DNA of 63,942 bases, filler included, from Rhabdomonas costata (GCA_019059605.1; 53 parts of 53 records of this genome joined end to end with filler, not necessarily neighbours in it), one strand, 5' to 3'. Positions 25,121 through 38,899 are shown, numbered from the whole stretch's first letter. The notes: generated by a model not told the origin, from the letters alone. Numbers and translations: made by a program.

Positions 25121-25805
25121 CTGCGTGGCACACGCAGTAAAGCTAGAGAATGCTCACACAATTCAATTTCAACTCTTAAATTTGCACACTTGCTGGTTGG
25201 CTTCTCCCGACACACAGCGATAGGTCACTCCGGAAAATCGTCAGTCTCCAGAGAAGAACAAACGCTCTCTACGTGCGGCGGACTCAACTAGTCAAAAAAA
25301 CACNNNNNNNNNNNNNNNNNNNNNNNNNNNNNNNNNNNNNNNNNNNNTTAATTAATTAANNNNNNNNNNNNNNNNNNNNNNNNNNNNNNNNNNNNNNNNN
25401 NNNGGTGTTTTTGTTCATTCTCGCTGTTGACGCCTCTGCATAGTGGTTTGTTTTGAAACATTTTGCGTGAATTCTTGTCTTTGGGTCTCCGTTAATCGCT
25501 TGCTTCTATGCTTAGGTGGTTGATTGAAAAGGAAGGGTTTCGGAATTTGCAATGGAATGAAACCGAAGCGTCTCGGGTCTTGTTGTGTATGCAAAGGAGG
25601 CTGTGGTGCTTAGAGTACTTTCAGCTGGCCTGTGGTGTTTCCACAGCCCAAAAACGTTTGACGCGAGACGGCGTGGTCCCCGCAGTTGCTTGGGGTGGCT
25701 CCTCCATCGGTGTACGTTCTCACCTTTCAGCGCAGAGAATTTTGTTACGCGAGTCAACTGTGCGTAACCGCTTTGTGTGGAGTCCTCCTTTAGCCCGTGG
25801 CATCA

Positions 25806-26180
25806 ATGCCGGGAAGTTCCAGCAGAAGCCGCTCCGTGGAGCGCCGGAAAAGCTCCTCCCCCGTGGCCGCTGACAAGGCTGCCGCCAAGCCCTCCAAGCG
25901 GTCTCGGTCCTCCTCCCCGAAGTCGCCTCGGCGGAAGAGCACCACCCCCGCCCCCGAGAAAAAGGAGTTGAGGAGCTCCACTGAAAGGGAGAAAGAAAAG
26001 GAGAAGGAGAAGGACGACGAGCTCGAGCCCTCAAGCAAGAGGAAGAGCAGCCGGAGTCCAAGCAGGAACCGGAGCCGGAGCAGAAGTCAGAGCCGCAGCC
26101 GTCGGCAGGCCACCCGAAGGAGCCGGAGCAGTCGAGACCGCCGCAGCCCTGAGAGACGCCGCAGTGGCAGCCGGGGTCGG
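25806..26180 (+). CDS. RS-rich protein, first coding exon
   Basis: ATG at 25806, then MPGSSSRSRSVERRK...RSRSRSQSRSRR...; GT at 26181. Confidence 0.65.
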
Positions 26181-28259
26181 GTACTTTTGTGATTTTTCCC
26201 CTCTATCCCTGTTTTGTGATCTCCCCTGCTCCCCGTGAAGCTAACACAAAACTTTCATTTTGCTGAGAACACAAATCACAATTTGTTGCGCACTATCGCA
26301 AAGCAGTGACACCATTAAGTAAGAAGTTGCGGTTGGATGGTGAAATTAGAATATTCAACGCCGAAAAAGGCTAGTGTCGGAAATCGTTGCGCACTGTTTA
26401 TTCTCTTACATGGGGGGGGGGATGTTGCTTGCAGGCAAGGGAACAAGCATTTACAGTCCCTTCTTTAGAGAAATTCTGGAGAAAGCATTGCAAGTCCTAC
26501 AACAGCCAGCACNNNNNNNNNNNNNNNNNNNNNNNNNNNNNNNNNNNNNNNNNNNNTTAATTAATTAANNNNNNNNNNNNNNNNNNNNNNNNNNNNNNNN
26601 NNNNNNNNNNNNCCAGATGTGCGAGGGGTTGGGGGGTGATGTTTCTTAAAGAAGAAGACGGTTTGGCCCCATCAGTTTTGCCGATAACCTCTGCGAGCAA
26701 AAAGAGGGCTTCCATTTCTTAGAAAATTGTTTTGGGTTCTTTTTTTTTGACCTTTTTGTCGTTTCTCTGTAGACAAATCTTTTGAGCCTTTGGTTCAATC
26801 GATTTCTATGTGCGGTTCCTTTCATTGCAATGCCTTTTACCAATTCGATTGTGGGTCATCTATTGCGAATTGTTTGCTTTGTGAGGGAATGGAATTTTGC
26901 TGCTTCCAAAGTCTGCAGGGACACCCGTCTTCCCGATGCAATGGAATGGGAGGGCTCGGGGAACGAAGGGGGTTTGTGGCTCTGTATCTGTGGACCCCAA
27001 CTGAAATGGTAGTTTTTTGATTGTCGGGAATGGGGCTTTTCAAAACGTTGCGTTGAAAGTTTGGGGGTATGGCGCTGATCCCGACTGGTGGTTTCCTATC
27101 CCCCCACGGCGGTGTCATTCGCTCTCTTGTCGTGTTTTCAGGATCACGGTGCAGTCAGTGACTAATATGCGCCAGGTGACTTTCCAATTCCCGCTGAGAC
27201 CGCTGGAGTCTCGCTACAGGTCCTCTTTTGCGATTACCTACGCCACCACTCCCCCACCGCCAGCTCCACCTTTTGGGCAGTTAAGCGGCCCACAGTGTGT
27301 CCCGAGACACTGGTGATTGTGCAGACAAGTGGATCGCATTGGGGGTGGGGGGTGTCGCACCAGCGGAACGGCATCATGTTGTTGGTGTTGTTGAGGTCCT
27401 CCCTTTGATTCAGTTACCGATCACTTTCGACGTTCTCGCCATCAATCGTTTAACAGCTTGAAGCGCTTCACAACTTGAAACAATCAAAATGTCCGTTTTG
27501 CATGTTTTTTCTGTGGGAAACTGTGAGCATCACACTTGATGGTCTCTACACATGGGTAACGTGTGTCTGTGTCAGTTGTCTGATGATGCTGTATAGGGGG
27601 TTAGATGGACGAGAAAGGTGACAGGCTCAGCAAGCGGGGAGTGGGGCACTCCAGCTGAACCCAAGCATCTTCACATCAGCACCCGATGCCGCTTCCCCCC
27701 TGTCCTATATCAAAGTAGCACNNNNNNNNNNNNNNNNNNNNNNNNNNNNNNNNNNNNNNNNNNNNTTAATTAATTAANNNNNNNNNNNNNNNNNNNNNNN
27801 NNNNNNNNNNNNNNNNNNNNNGTGGTTGGGGAAGTTCAAGTGACTGTGAAAAATGGGTGTCAAGAGCCCGCGCGCATGCGCGGTCACTGGGCTGAACATC
27901 AGGGAAAAGGGGAGGGGGAGAAAAGCATTTTTCGCCGGGCGGGTTGGTGGTAGGAATTGTTGCGTAAAAATACGGCCTGGGAGGATAAGCGATGCATAGA
28001 TAGGATTCCAGGCACGTGCCCGGCCAGTCCGATCAGCTGCAGTTAAGGTGGCAGAGAGAGCAAACCCTGCTCCAGTTCATGTGTCGAGACATAACACCAC
28101 CCGCATTATCCAACATTGATGCATTCTCATATAAAGCGCTTCCGGTACGACACCACCACCACCACACCACAACCTACCTCGGAAAACCAACCCACGACTT
28201 CTTTCTTATTTCTTAAATTCTGATAAAATACAATGCGGTCAGGATTATGCGATAATTAC

Positions 28260-28810
28260 TGCAGACCAGTGCCGCCCCCGCGGGGGTCGGGCTGGGTGGG
28301 CTCTCCGTCGTCGTCGTCATCGTCGTCCTGATCTGCGGCGTGGTCTGCGAAGTCGACCTCCGCGTCCGGGTTCATAGCCATGACTGCTCCACAAGCTCCA
28401 GTCGCAGCACCCCCTGAACGAAATGAAAGAATGCAAGGAATGCACACTAACATGGGCTCAGAAAGCTCGAAAGTGAGAAAAAGCGGACCCGTTTCGCCCG
28501 TCACGGCATGCTTTCTGAACTTCTGATGACATTGGGTTGAACCCTGCGGCTGCGTTGGACGGTAGTTGTTGTTGCAGCCGAGGAGGATGAACATTTTTGT
28601 ACATTTGGTATTGACGAAAAAAATCACAACTTATCCACATTCTCTTATCCCGGGCTTCTTCGCCCGAACCCCATACCCACGGCAGATTCAGGACTGGCAG
28701 CGGCGGGGCGGTAGCACTCGCTGAGGATCTCTCGTTTGCGGTTACTCTCCACGTTGGCCGAGAGCCGAGTGAGGTCCCTCAAGGAGCTCGTGTCGACTGC
28801 GGGCTGGCTC
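28260..28810 (-). CDS. Two-exon fragment with acidic tract, unknown protein
   Basis: SQPAVDTSSLRDLTRLSANVESNRKREILSEC...AV joined in phase 1 (GTATGG...CAG) to GGAATGACGAVMAMNPDAEVDFADHAADQDDDDDDDGEP. Ends approximate. Confidence 0.5.
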
Positions 28811-29269
28811 CTAAGCACACCACACACAAAATCAGGTTTCCCACATACTCACATCTTTAAAAAAAAACCACATGGAAATTTCAAACATTTCACCGGAACG
28901 ACTAAAAAAGCAAACCACACCCCCCAACANNNNNNNNNNNNNNNNNNNNNNNNNNNNNNNNNNNNNNNNNNNNTTAATTAATTAANNNNNNNNNNNNNNN
29001 NNNNNNNNNNNNNNNNNNNNNNNNNNNNNGTTGGGTTTGTTAGAACCCTTTTTGAGATGTGATGTCAATAATTCGACTCTCTGCCATAAACAAAAAAGGT
29101 TAACTACCAGCAAGGCATGCACAGTAATGTGGTGGTCATTCATGGTTCCACAGAGAACAAGAACTGGACCAGGCCAAACTCGAATAAAGCAAAGTATAGC
29201 AGCAGAGCTGCCTTTGCGCTACCCGAGGAGATGCACCAAACCCGACCGCGAGGAAAACTGAACAAAGCA

Positions 29270-29638
29270 CCGTCATAATTGAGCTGAAGCGCTCTGCTTT
29301 CGAGCAGGTCGGACAACTGTTCCTTGTGGAACAACAGGACAAACTTGACCAGAGAGCGCTCAACTGTTGTACAGGGCCATCAGAACACTAGCAACCTCAT
29401 TGATGCAGCACGAAGTCTGGAGTAATCCGACACCCCCCCCCCGCTAGCTACGGCTGGTGCCTATTCCTGCTGCCAGCTTCGCCAGCTTTTGGTTCACAGC
29501 TCCTGCCCAAAGCCTGCCCTGCTGGTTTGTAATGAACGCAAAAGCCTCCATGTGATTGCCCTCCACAACGAATAAGATTAGCAAAAACAACGCCCAGCAG
29601 CCCATGTTGAAGTAGTTGAATAATCGCGAGTACATGTC
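29270..29638 (-). CDS. Membrane-protein-like fragment (2 exons), unknown
   Basis: DMYSRLFNYFNMGCWALFLLILFVVEGNHMEAFAFITNQQ followed by a phase-1 exon ERSLVKFVLLFHKEQLSDLLESRALQLNYD. The donor position is ambiguous. Confidence 0.4.
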
Positions 29639-32600
29639 CTGAAACATCACAGAAAACACGGATACGCGGTTGCGAGGGCGAAGCAGGGGAGAGAGGGCAA
29701 AGCAGAACAGCTCAGACCCAACAGAAAAAGGAAGAACGCCAGGAAACAAAAATCAAGACCGGGAGAAGCAGTCATTCAAATTTTGTGTTGCACCATTCAT
29801 GTTGGTGTTGTCTAACAGTTCCTGCTTTTTCTCTTGTTTACTGCTGCTTCCGGCTAAACTGTGAGCGTTGCTGCTGGCAGGTGGCAGTAGTCTGTAACGC
29901 TGAAAAAAAGTTGACTTTGTGTTGCTTTCTCTTCTGAAACTTTCTGAACCTTCACTCGAGGATGCGCAGCGAAAAAAGAACGGTCTGCGATATTTTCGCC
30001 GGGTTTAATGATGATTCGCACCCAAAAGATTATTGTTCCATTCATATTCCATATCCCATTCACCAACCCAGACCCAACCGAATATTCCTGAAGTGAAGCA
30101 AGATCGCACCCAGTCAATCCCTTTCGAGTCCCCAGGTNNNNNNNNNNNNNNNNNNNNNNNNNNNNNNNNNNNNNNNNNNNNTTAATTAATTAANNNNNNN
30201 NNNNNNNNNNNNNNNNNNNNNNNNNNNNNNNNNNNNNAGCACCCATCCGATGGTCACCTGAGTGCTTTCTCCACTTCCCGCGAGGTGAATTCAAATCTTC
30301 TTCTGGTTTCGAACTCGAAAATGAGAGGCAGAGTGACCCCGCTGGCATCCGAATGGAGGCTTCATCACCAAAGACCTCCAAACCAAGACCAGTCAAGACC
30401 AACCAAAGGCGCAGCAAATGAACCTGTTACATACACGCGTGGCCACAAAGAAAAAGGGAGGGAGGGAAATCGGATTGGCAAGAACAGCAACAAAATCTGC
30501 TCTTGCTATTCATGAACAACAACAACACCGAAAATAAAGGCAAATCGCATGGAAGCGTGAGGACGATTCACAGGGAGGGGTGCAATATTTACATCTAAAA
30601 ACTGCGCAGAGGTCACAGAGATGACCCCCCCCCTGCCCAACAAAACGTGAACGCAGTAATTAACATCCAAGCAATGAAAACCATCATTTCCACTCGGCTT
30701 CAGAGGGAAGGCCTGCAATGGGGGTACTAATAGCACGTTGGCAAAGGTTATTTAAAGCCTACCCTCACCAAACGACAGGGCAACTGCACCCACAAGCTGA
30801 TAAAAATCAGCCTTTCCAACTTTCTAACTGGGAGCTGCGTTGCACGGTGGTGACAATTTTCCCGGAAGCCCCGGAGGTCTTTTTACTTGCCACAAACTCA
30901 ACGCCACACCGCTTATGGGAAGGAACAGGCCATCCATCAGAAACCTGAAGCCCCGATCTCAACCTCCAAAGGCTCAGTTCGCGATTCCGGACTGGGTACA
31001 TTATCACTCTCACAACCACATAAGCGTGCGCTGACCCACCATTGTGGAAAGAAGGCTGGGGCGCCTTCTGATTTCCACCTTAGAACCACACTGGCAACCA
31101 CAACGGCTTCAGGCGACACGGCCGCACCGTAGCGCGGCGCTCATGCCTTCGATGGCCCGCTGCAGAGCGCGAGGTAGAGAGTCATGACCAGGCACATCGG
31201 TGCCCAGGGCGCACGCCCACTGCCGCGCTCGCCGCAGCAGCAAAACCATCTGCAAGAACAGAGAATACGAGAAGCGCAACGAAGCGCAAGGAAGCGCGCA
31301 GCAAAAAAAAAAAGAGTCGAGGCACAAACGTTGTGAACAACAAACNNNNNNNNNNNNNNNNNNNNNNNNNNNNNNNNNNNNNNNNNNNNTTAATTAATTA
31401 ANNNNNNNNNNNNNNNNNNNNNNNNNNNNNNNNNNNNNNNNNNNNTTGTGTGTATGCACTAGCGGTTTTCTTGATAAAGAATGAATGAAGGAGAAGGGCA
31501 ACCCGGTACCCGTGGCGTTATTTGTTCGGAGATACCCTTCATAAAGACGAAGGCAACAAATAAAGAAGAAGCCCATGTAAGGAGGGTCGATGAGTTGATG
31601 CGAATAAACCCGCAGCAAGAAGAGTCACCGAGAAGAGTTTATTCTGCAGGCGGCTGGGGTGAGGGAGGGCTGCAGGGAGGCAGGTCTTGGAACTGCAGAG
31701 TTCTGAAAACAACTAAGCGTTCAAACCGGGGGTTTGTTTTGAAAGGATTCGTTGGTGTGCTGGCCAACGCCCAAGTGCTCACCACCCGAAGGAATTGACC
31801 GAAGATGTCATTGCGTTTATTGCGGCGATAGTTGTGTTACTGTGAGGGGGATGGGGTACTCTTCTCCAATCAGTGCTGTATAAAGGCGCAGGTTTGTTGC
31901 ACTTGGTGTACTTCATCGAAGAATAGGACACATCCACAGAGCGTAGTTTCCTCAATCCCTTTGACTGCCACAATAATGAGCGCACCTGCGCCAGAGGCCT
32001 GGGGACAAACCTGTCTCTTCTTTACAGGTGTTTGACTTTGCTTCCTTGTCGTTCACCTTCCCTCTGCCTTCTGCCTTTCTTTGAGTTTGGTTTGTGGAAC
32101 AATGGCTGCGCTCTCTGGCCCATCCTTCCCCCATGGCAAGCCGAAAGTCCCTCATGTGTTAGCTGCTCTGGTACGCTGTTTTCTGGTCTGAGCGTGAGTC
32201 CACTATGCGACATCTTGCGTGGCAGGGCAGAATCCCCCCCCCCTCCTGCCTATCTGGTGTATTTGATGACGATGTTCACGTAGCAGTCGCTGTCCCTCTC
32301 AGCCTCGATTCTACCGTCCCTTGCTTGAAGCATTGTTGCATTTTCCTAAGTGCCTGCAATCAGGCCGACACATGGCACTAATCACCATTTCCCTTAACCT
32401 CACGACATCGCTGCCGCCCCGCCGCGGCTGTTCCCACGCGTTTATCAATACTAAGGAATTGATCAGCTCCATTTTGTCAATATTTTTAATCGCTAAATAC
32501 TCTTTCACCCAGGCCATTGTAGAAGTTCGTTTGACGAGAGTCGTACGCATACTNNNNNNNNNNNNNNNNNNNNNNNNNNNNNNNNNNNNNNNNNNNNTTA

Positions 32601-32799
32601 ATTAATTAANNNNNNNNNNNNNNNNNNNNNNNNNNNNNNNNNNNNNNNNNNNNGTGGTGTAGTTTAACGCTTGCGTCGGTGGTTGGTGATAACGATCAAC
32701 AAAATCGTTGCGAGTCTGCTATGCGCCGTGTTGCGGGCCTTTCGGTTTGACTGCTGAAGTGGTCGATCTCTCTCTCGCCCTCCCGCTCTCCCGGTGCAG

Positions 32800-33353
32800 A
32801 ACTGGTGCGGCTCGAGTTGCTCCACGTTGTGCGATACTAACTGCCCCACGCCGTACTACTACGGCGTGAACTGCAACGTCCCCTGCCCGGGGCTGTCGGG
32901 GTCCTCGTCTGGCTTGCCGTGCACCGGAAACGGCAACTGTGACGACGTATGTTATTGTTCTATGTTTCGACCTCGCGTCTTAGATTTTTAGCCCGCCCTC
33001 TTCTTCACGTCTGGAGTTACTGCGCGTTCCAGAGCAAGAAGGAGCTACGTCAGTGGAATGCAACTCACGACACAGTTTTGTGCCTTAAGTTCACCAGAAC
33101 CACACGGGAACCATATAAAATAATCACGTCACTCTTACTTTCGTGCATCCTCCTCGATCTCCCGTCTTGGATGTTCCAACAAAACACACTCAGGGCATGT
33201 ACGGCACGGGGCAGTGCGCATGTCTGGCGGGCTACGGGGGTACGGCTTGTGACCGGCAGTGCCCCGGCATTGCCCTCACAGGGCGGCCGTGCAGCGGCCA
33301 TGGGCAGTGCGACAGTTTCACCGCTGCCTGCAGCTGTGACGTGGGCTACTGGG
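32800..33353 (+). CDS. EGF/laminin-EGF-like repeat surface protein fragment
   Basis: Exon 32800-32946 CPTPYYYGVNCNVPCPG...CTGNGNCDD and exon 33194-33353 GTGQCACLAGYGGTACDRQCPG...CSGHGQCDSFTAACSCDVGYWG. Confidence 0.92.
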
Positions 33354-35090
33354 GTGCGTGTCAACCATGTACACGCACATGCAGACACGGGTAGACACAA
33401 ATCAGCTGTTGGTAATCATGGGGGTGCTGCTGCTTTGCCACCTGACATGACAACATCAAAAACACGAGGCCTAAAAAGCCAAAGAAAAAGCTAAAAAGAC
33501 GACAAAGAAGAGAGAATTCAATGCATGTAAGAACATTCTCTCTCACGTTTGCCCGTGTACACCCACCCGCTCGCTCGCTCACACACACAACACACACAGT
33601 CACACTGACTCGCTTACTCGCTCACCCATGGATTTTGTTGCATGGCAGTTGTTGTTGTGAGTAGCGACGCCTCTCTTGCGTTCCGAGAAGCGAAAACCTG
33701 TTTCTTCTATTGCCCCCGCCAAACTTGCTGTGAGTGGTGAGCTTGAGACGACGTACCACAANNNNNNNNNNNNNNNNNNNNNNNNNNNNNNNNNNNNNNN
33801 NNNNNTTAATTAATTAANNNNNNNNNNNNNNNNNNNNNNNNNNNNNNNNNNNNNNNNNNNNGGTTTTTTTTTAAGGCTGTTAGTGCGCTAAACGGGTTCC
33901 TTCGGTCAGCAACTTCCTGAGCGTGGGAGGTCTGCAGGGTAGCCGGGACTGGGTGACAGATGCACTTGGCACCGAAACTGAGGTCGGAAATGCAAGTAAC
34001 TCTAGAGCTAGGTGATGAGCAAAACGTTTTCAGTCAATCAGTCCTTCACCGGCAACTGCAATAAGATTCGGCAAGGCAATTGACGATGTTGCTGGTAGGG
34101 AAATGGGGAATGGGGCGCTTGGGAGGGGTGAATGAAAAGGGGCCACTCCCTGGGAGGGCACCTTAGAGATGTGGCAGGGCAAGGAGCCAAAGGGCAGGTA
34201 ACAGTCGCTGCCATCGCTGGCAGGAACGGTGGGGCTGGGGTCCAGAAGCCGGTAATACTCCGCCGCGTTGGAGTTGAACCGGCTGCGGTTCACTGTGGAG
34301 GGCCGAAAAGGAAACGTACCAACGCGGTATATAGCCAGTGTCACACCCCCGCGTTCCAGGGTAACCCAAGCGCTCTGGAATCTTTCTGCTGCTATTTTGT
34401 TCCCTCATCTTAAAGCTCATCAATCAGCGACGATTGTGTCCAGTAAGAGGAAACGAAAGGCACCAGCCTCCGCACAAGGAGCCCCCACTATTGAGAAGGT
34501 AGTTGCGACAGCATTTGATGGCTTGCGAAGATAGTCAAATGAAAGCCTACCAAAAAGCCAAACATTTTGCCCTTCCCTAGCGCTGGCAGGTGTGGGTTGG
34601 GGAACGGGTAGACAGCGATAACAAGGAGACGGGTGGTTCGTGAATTCAGGAACGAGAGTGGGGGGTGCCCACCCGTGTCAGCAGCACTGTGCTCCTCCCA
34701 CTTCCTCTGAATGGCTTCCCGAGTGGGACGAAAGTCGGAGCAGGACAGCGCGAAGAGCTTGACCGGTATCGTCGAGACGACCAGCCGGAGAACGGCCTTA
34801 GCAGGCTGAAAGCCTGGGGTGGACCTGCATCAGTTGGGAAGGAGGAACACAAAACAGAGAACCGTTGCCCACCAATGACCACGAATGACCACACTGCGGT
34901 GGCGAAATAACATCGGACTTGGGACCCGCCAGGAGTGGGGTCTTGCCGAAGAACATTCACAACAAAACANNNNNNNNNNNNNNNNNNNNNNNNNNNNNNN
35001 NNNNNNNNNNNNNTTAATTAATTAANNNNNNNNNNNNNNNNNNNNNNNNNNNNNNNNNNNNNNNNNNNNCTCCTAAAAACGGAAGACTAC

Positions 35091-35931
35091 TCAAGAGTCC
35101 TCGAGCTGCGATCCCACAACTCCAAGCTGCAAATCGACCAACTTCACACCCAGCTGGTGCACTCGGCACCGGGTGAGCTCCAGGGCGGGGTCTCGGCACT
35201 CCAGCACGGCAGCCAGGAAGATCGCCTCCGAGGGGACCTCCCGGCGGACCTCATCGTCTGCAGGGAGTAAACATGGGGGGGGGGGGGTTCTGAACTCCAC
35301 AGCGCGGTAATTGCATTATTTACCCTCAAGACAAAAGATTTCAGTGCCACCAAAAGCTTCGACTGCTGGCACCGCGAAGGCCGGGTTTCCTTTTCATCCT
35401 GACCCCTGTCCTCTACCGAACCGAGCAATATAAGTCTTTAATGGATCTCGCCGAATACTACCCCTGCAGCTGTCAAACTGCACCAGACGAGACCCCAACA
35501 GGAGAGAGTAAGGTGAACCTGTAAGAATCATGGTGCCAAAGAAGGTGTTCAAGTCCTGCAGGAGGCGGGCGCGGGCCCAAACCTGTCCAACGACCTGAGC
35601 GACCCCCCCCCCCGGTTCCCGACATTGGCTGAGAATTCAGTTATCTTCGCCTGTCACTTCGACAGGTAAGCTGGCAGGCTGCTCCACGACGCTTTCGGCG
35701 GGCACCTCAAAGACTGGCATCCCGACAGAGAAGTTCAAGCATCGTGGCGGTAGGAGGGCGTGGAAGTGCGCTTCGCAAAGAAACAAATAAAGGCAGGCCA
35801 CACACCGCAATCGAGGACAGGGCCTGGCACCCGATGGTGCCGTACAGGGACATCCCGTGGGCCAGCCCAATCTCCACCGTGAACTGGTGGTGGGGAGCAA
35901 GTTTGGCCAGTCGCACTGCTGTCTCGCAGGC
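35091..35931 (-). CDS. Class III nucleotide cyclase-like domain, degenerate (C-terminal part)
   Basis: Exons 35931-35806 (ACETAVRL...VEIGLAHGMSLYGTIG), 35594-35519 (VVGQVWARARLLQDLNTFFGTMILT) and 35257-35091 (DDEVRREV...stop) splice in phase with GT-AG. Confidence 0.7.
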
Positions 35932-38899
35932 CTGCAGCACAGAGGTGGAGCGGAATGTCTAGCAAAACCAGAAATGAATACACAATCAAACAGACCCATT
36001 GTCCGGGATCCGCACGAAGCACTGCGGCTAAACTGCAAAGAGAGAGAAAATGGAGAAAAGGCTGGGTGCGAGGGAAGGGATTTTTTTGTGTTGCGCCTGG
36101 CTGTGGCCTGGTTGACTGTTGATTACCACTGTGGGCTGACGGTCGCACACGCTGTTCACGGGTGCTCGCTAGAGGTGNNNNNNNNNNNNNNNNNNNNNNN
36201 NNNNNNNNNNNNNNNNNNNNNTTAATTAATTAANNNNNNNNNNNNNNNNNNNNNNNNNNNNNNNNNNNNNNNNNNNNGCGGTGGAGGCCGCGGTGGAGGA
36301 GGTGGGCCGCGCGGTGCCCGCGGTGACTCTGCTGCTGCACAAGGAGACCTTCCAGCTGTGAGCTTTCACACGTGGTGGGGCTGTGCAGATGAGTGTCCTG
36401 TGGGCGCGCGGTTCAAGAGACGCAGCAAAGTGTTTGCTGCATCTTTACACAACAGATGTCGTTATTAGGTACGGGCGTGTGCGGTCGAAGTGGACAGCAG
36501 CATCCACGTGTGCCATGCGCGTTAATTGAGCATGATGTTTGCTTGTGTGGGTTTGTGTTTGTGATTCAAGTGCGGCCCATGGTGCCATGGAGGGTCTTCC
36601 CTTGTGGCCTTCCTACACGCGCTTTGGCCGAAGCACCAGCGAACAGCGGGTGTCTGATATAAGTAGTGCTAACATTGGTGTGGTTTGAACTTCGGTTCGA
36701 TGGAAAGGAAAGAGGGCTTCGGAAGGTTGCTGCATGCAGGATGGTGTTCCTTTGGGCGCTGTTTTCCTTTTCGCCTGCGCTTCCTTTCGTAATGAAAGGG
36801 GCCTGCTGTGGGAGGGGGGGGGCTTATTCCCCGTTGTTGTCTTCTGCCTTTGTGCGACGTGAGTTTTCTGGTGGTGTCCTGTTCTGAGCGGAGAGAGGGC
36901 CTTCCCCACTTCTTTTTTCCACCCAAAATGTGGCGGTTCCAACTGCACACCTTCCGTGCGTTTCGGGGTGTGTGGTCTTCCGTTCCCATTCCTCATCCTT
37001 CGTCTGTCACGACCTCCAGACGTTGTGCTTTTGCTTTTTTCTGTGAATTGGCATTTGCTTTCTCCCCGCAACTCGAAATTGGGAAGCCGACGGGAATGTG
37101 GCGTCATGGCGTTCATCAAAGTGAACAAGGCGTGGTGGCATGGAGATCAGTGCGTGAAGAAATGACCAGTAAGGAGGCTTAACGACTGCTGCAGGAGTCC
37201 GTTCCTTTGGGGGGGGGGGCGCTAAAAGGTAAAACGTCGTAAAACGGAATAGCACTGTTATACGGTATAAAGGTGTTATACGACGAGGGTCGAAACTAAA
37301 TCCCGGGGCCCCGGCCTACCTAGACACTAGTGTACGTGCTTGGAGGTGTATCGACACGAACTATTGAAATCTACCCCACCCCCCCNNNNNNNNNNNNNNN
37401 NNNNNNNNNNNNNNNNNNNNNNNNNNNNNTTAATTAATTAANNNNNNNNNNNNNNNNNNNNNNNNNNNNNNNNNNNNNNNNNNNNTTTTTTGTTTGGACG
37501 AGCAAGTGGAGCGTTGGTCAGGGGGGAGGGTAAAAACCGCAAGTCCGAATTCGGGGTGGGACGTGCACAAGCGACATCTGACCACTACGAGGGAACCGAC
37601 GAACGTGGCTGGGAGAAGCGAGCCCGGCGTGGCAAATTATCCCCAAGACTTCACAGTAATGCACCCGGCCTTCAACATCCAAACATTTCCATCACCCAGC
37701 GACAACTCAATGAGCACACCAACTCAAGCGATTGAAACAAAAGCCCCTTCAAAGTAAAAGAGCAAAAAATGGGGCACATACTTTGGTTCCCACACTGCCC
37801 GACCTGCAGCGTGATTATCTCCCGGGGCATCTCTGCTCAGAAACAGGGGCTGCAAAAAAATCGATCTGTGGGAGGATTCAACTAGGCCAATAAATATAAC
37901 GCTTCTTAATGTTTGAAGAAAAAAGCATGTTTAAGTTTAAAAACTGATGAGCACACGTCGGTGTATGTAGAAGCACATTCATAGCCCGTCCTCGGACTCT
38001 AATGCACATCCAGCTGACGGAAACTAAAGGAAACCCTCTGGGAGGCCGGGCAGGAGGTGATGTATAAAGTTGAAGAAAGTATATTGATGTGAGCACGACG
38101 TTCCCCAGTCCTGCGGGAATGTCCCCAGCGAGCCTCTGAGTCCATCTTTGGACTATGCACCTTCCAGATCGTCCTTGTTGAGTCCACTTCATCCCTCTAT
38201 TTCGGAAGCGCTGCAAGGGCTTCGTTGATTTCGCCCAGATGTCCACAATACCGGGCACGATATTCAGAGCGCGAGCCACTCGCTACCCCGCAAAGGGCAA
38301 TACCCTTCCCGAAGTGCACCCTTCATCCTGCCTCCCTCTCCAGCACGGGGTTGATCGCCCCCAGAGACCACCACGGCTCTGCTGTTACGACATTTGCTTA
38401 GCGCGTCAGCTTGAGTACAGTTTTTATTGCCCGCTATCGCGCCGTTGAAAGTTTCCTTACACCTTACATCAAGGTTAATACAGAATTATCAGACAAACAC
38501 CGTTGTCAATGCAGACCAGACTGGAAGCAGAACGGTGCAGTAACCAAATGTTCTTTCTATAATCGGCAAGCTTAGCAGAGCCAAAAAACAAAAANNNNNN
38601 NNNNNNNNNNNNNNNNNNNNNNNNNNNNNNNNNNNNNNTTAATTAATTAANNNNNNNNNNNNNNNNNNNNNNNNNNNNNNNNNNNNNNNNNNNNTTTGTT
38701 TTTGGTACGATTGGTTTATTTGTTGTTTTCTCAATTAAATTTAAATTAAATTCTGTAACTTCAATATTTTGTGTATGATGTGAGGAATTAGAATGTTTAC
38801 ATTCCATTAGTTCATCTTTTAATTTACGAATAACTTTCGTTTTTTCTCGTACTTCTTTTTGTAATTCATGTATAAAGATACAAATTTGTTTATAACATA

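Noticed and set aside
35091-35102. GA donor at the end of the cyclase-like exon
   Set aside because: An in-frame TGA follows two codons later, so it is more simply the last exon.
37302-37340. Palindrome CCGGGGCCCCGG followed by CTAG as a transposon end
   Set aside because: A short loop-less palindrome seen once, with no matching partner end in the contig.
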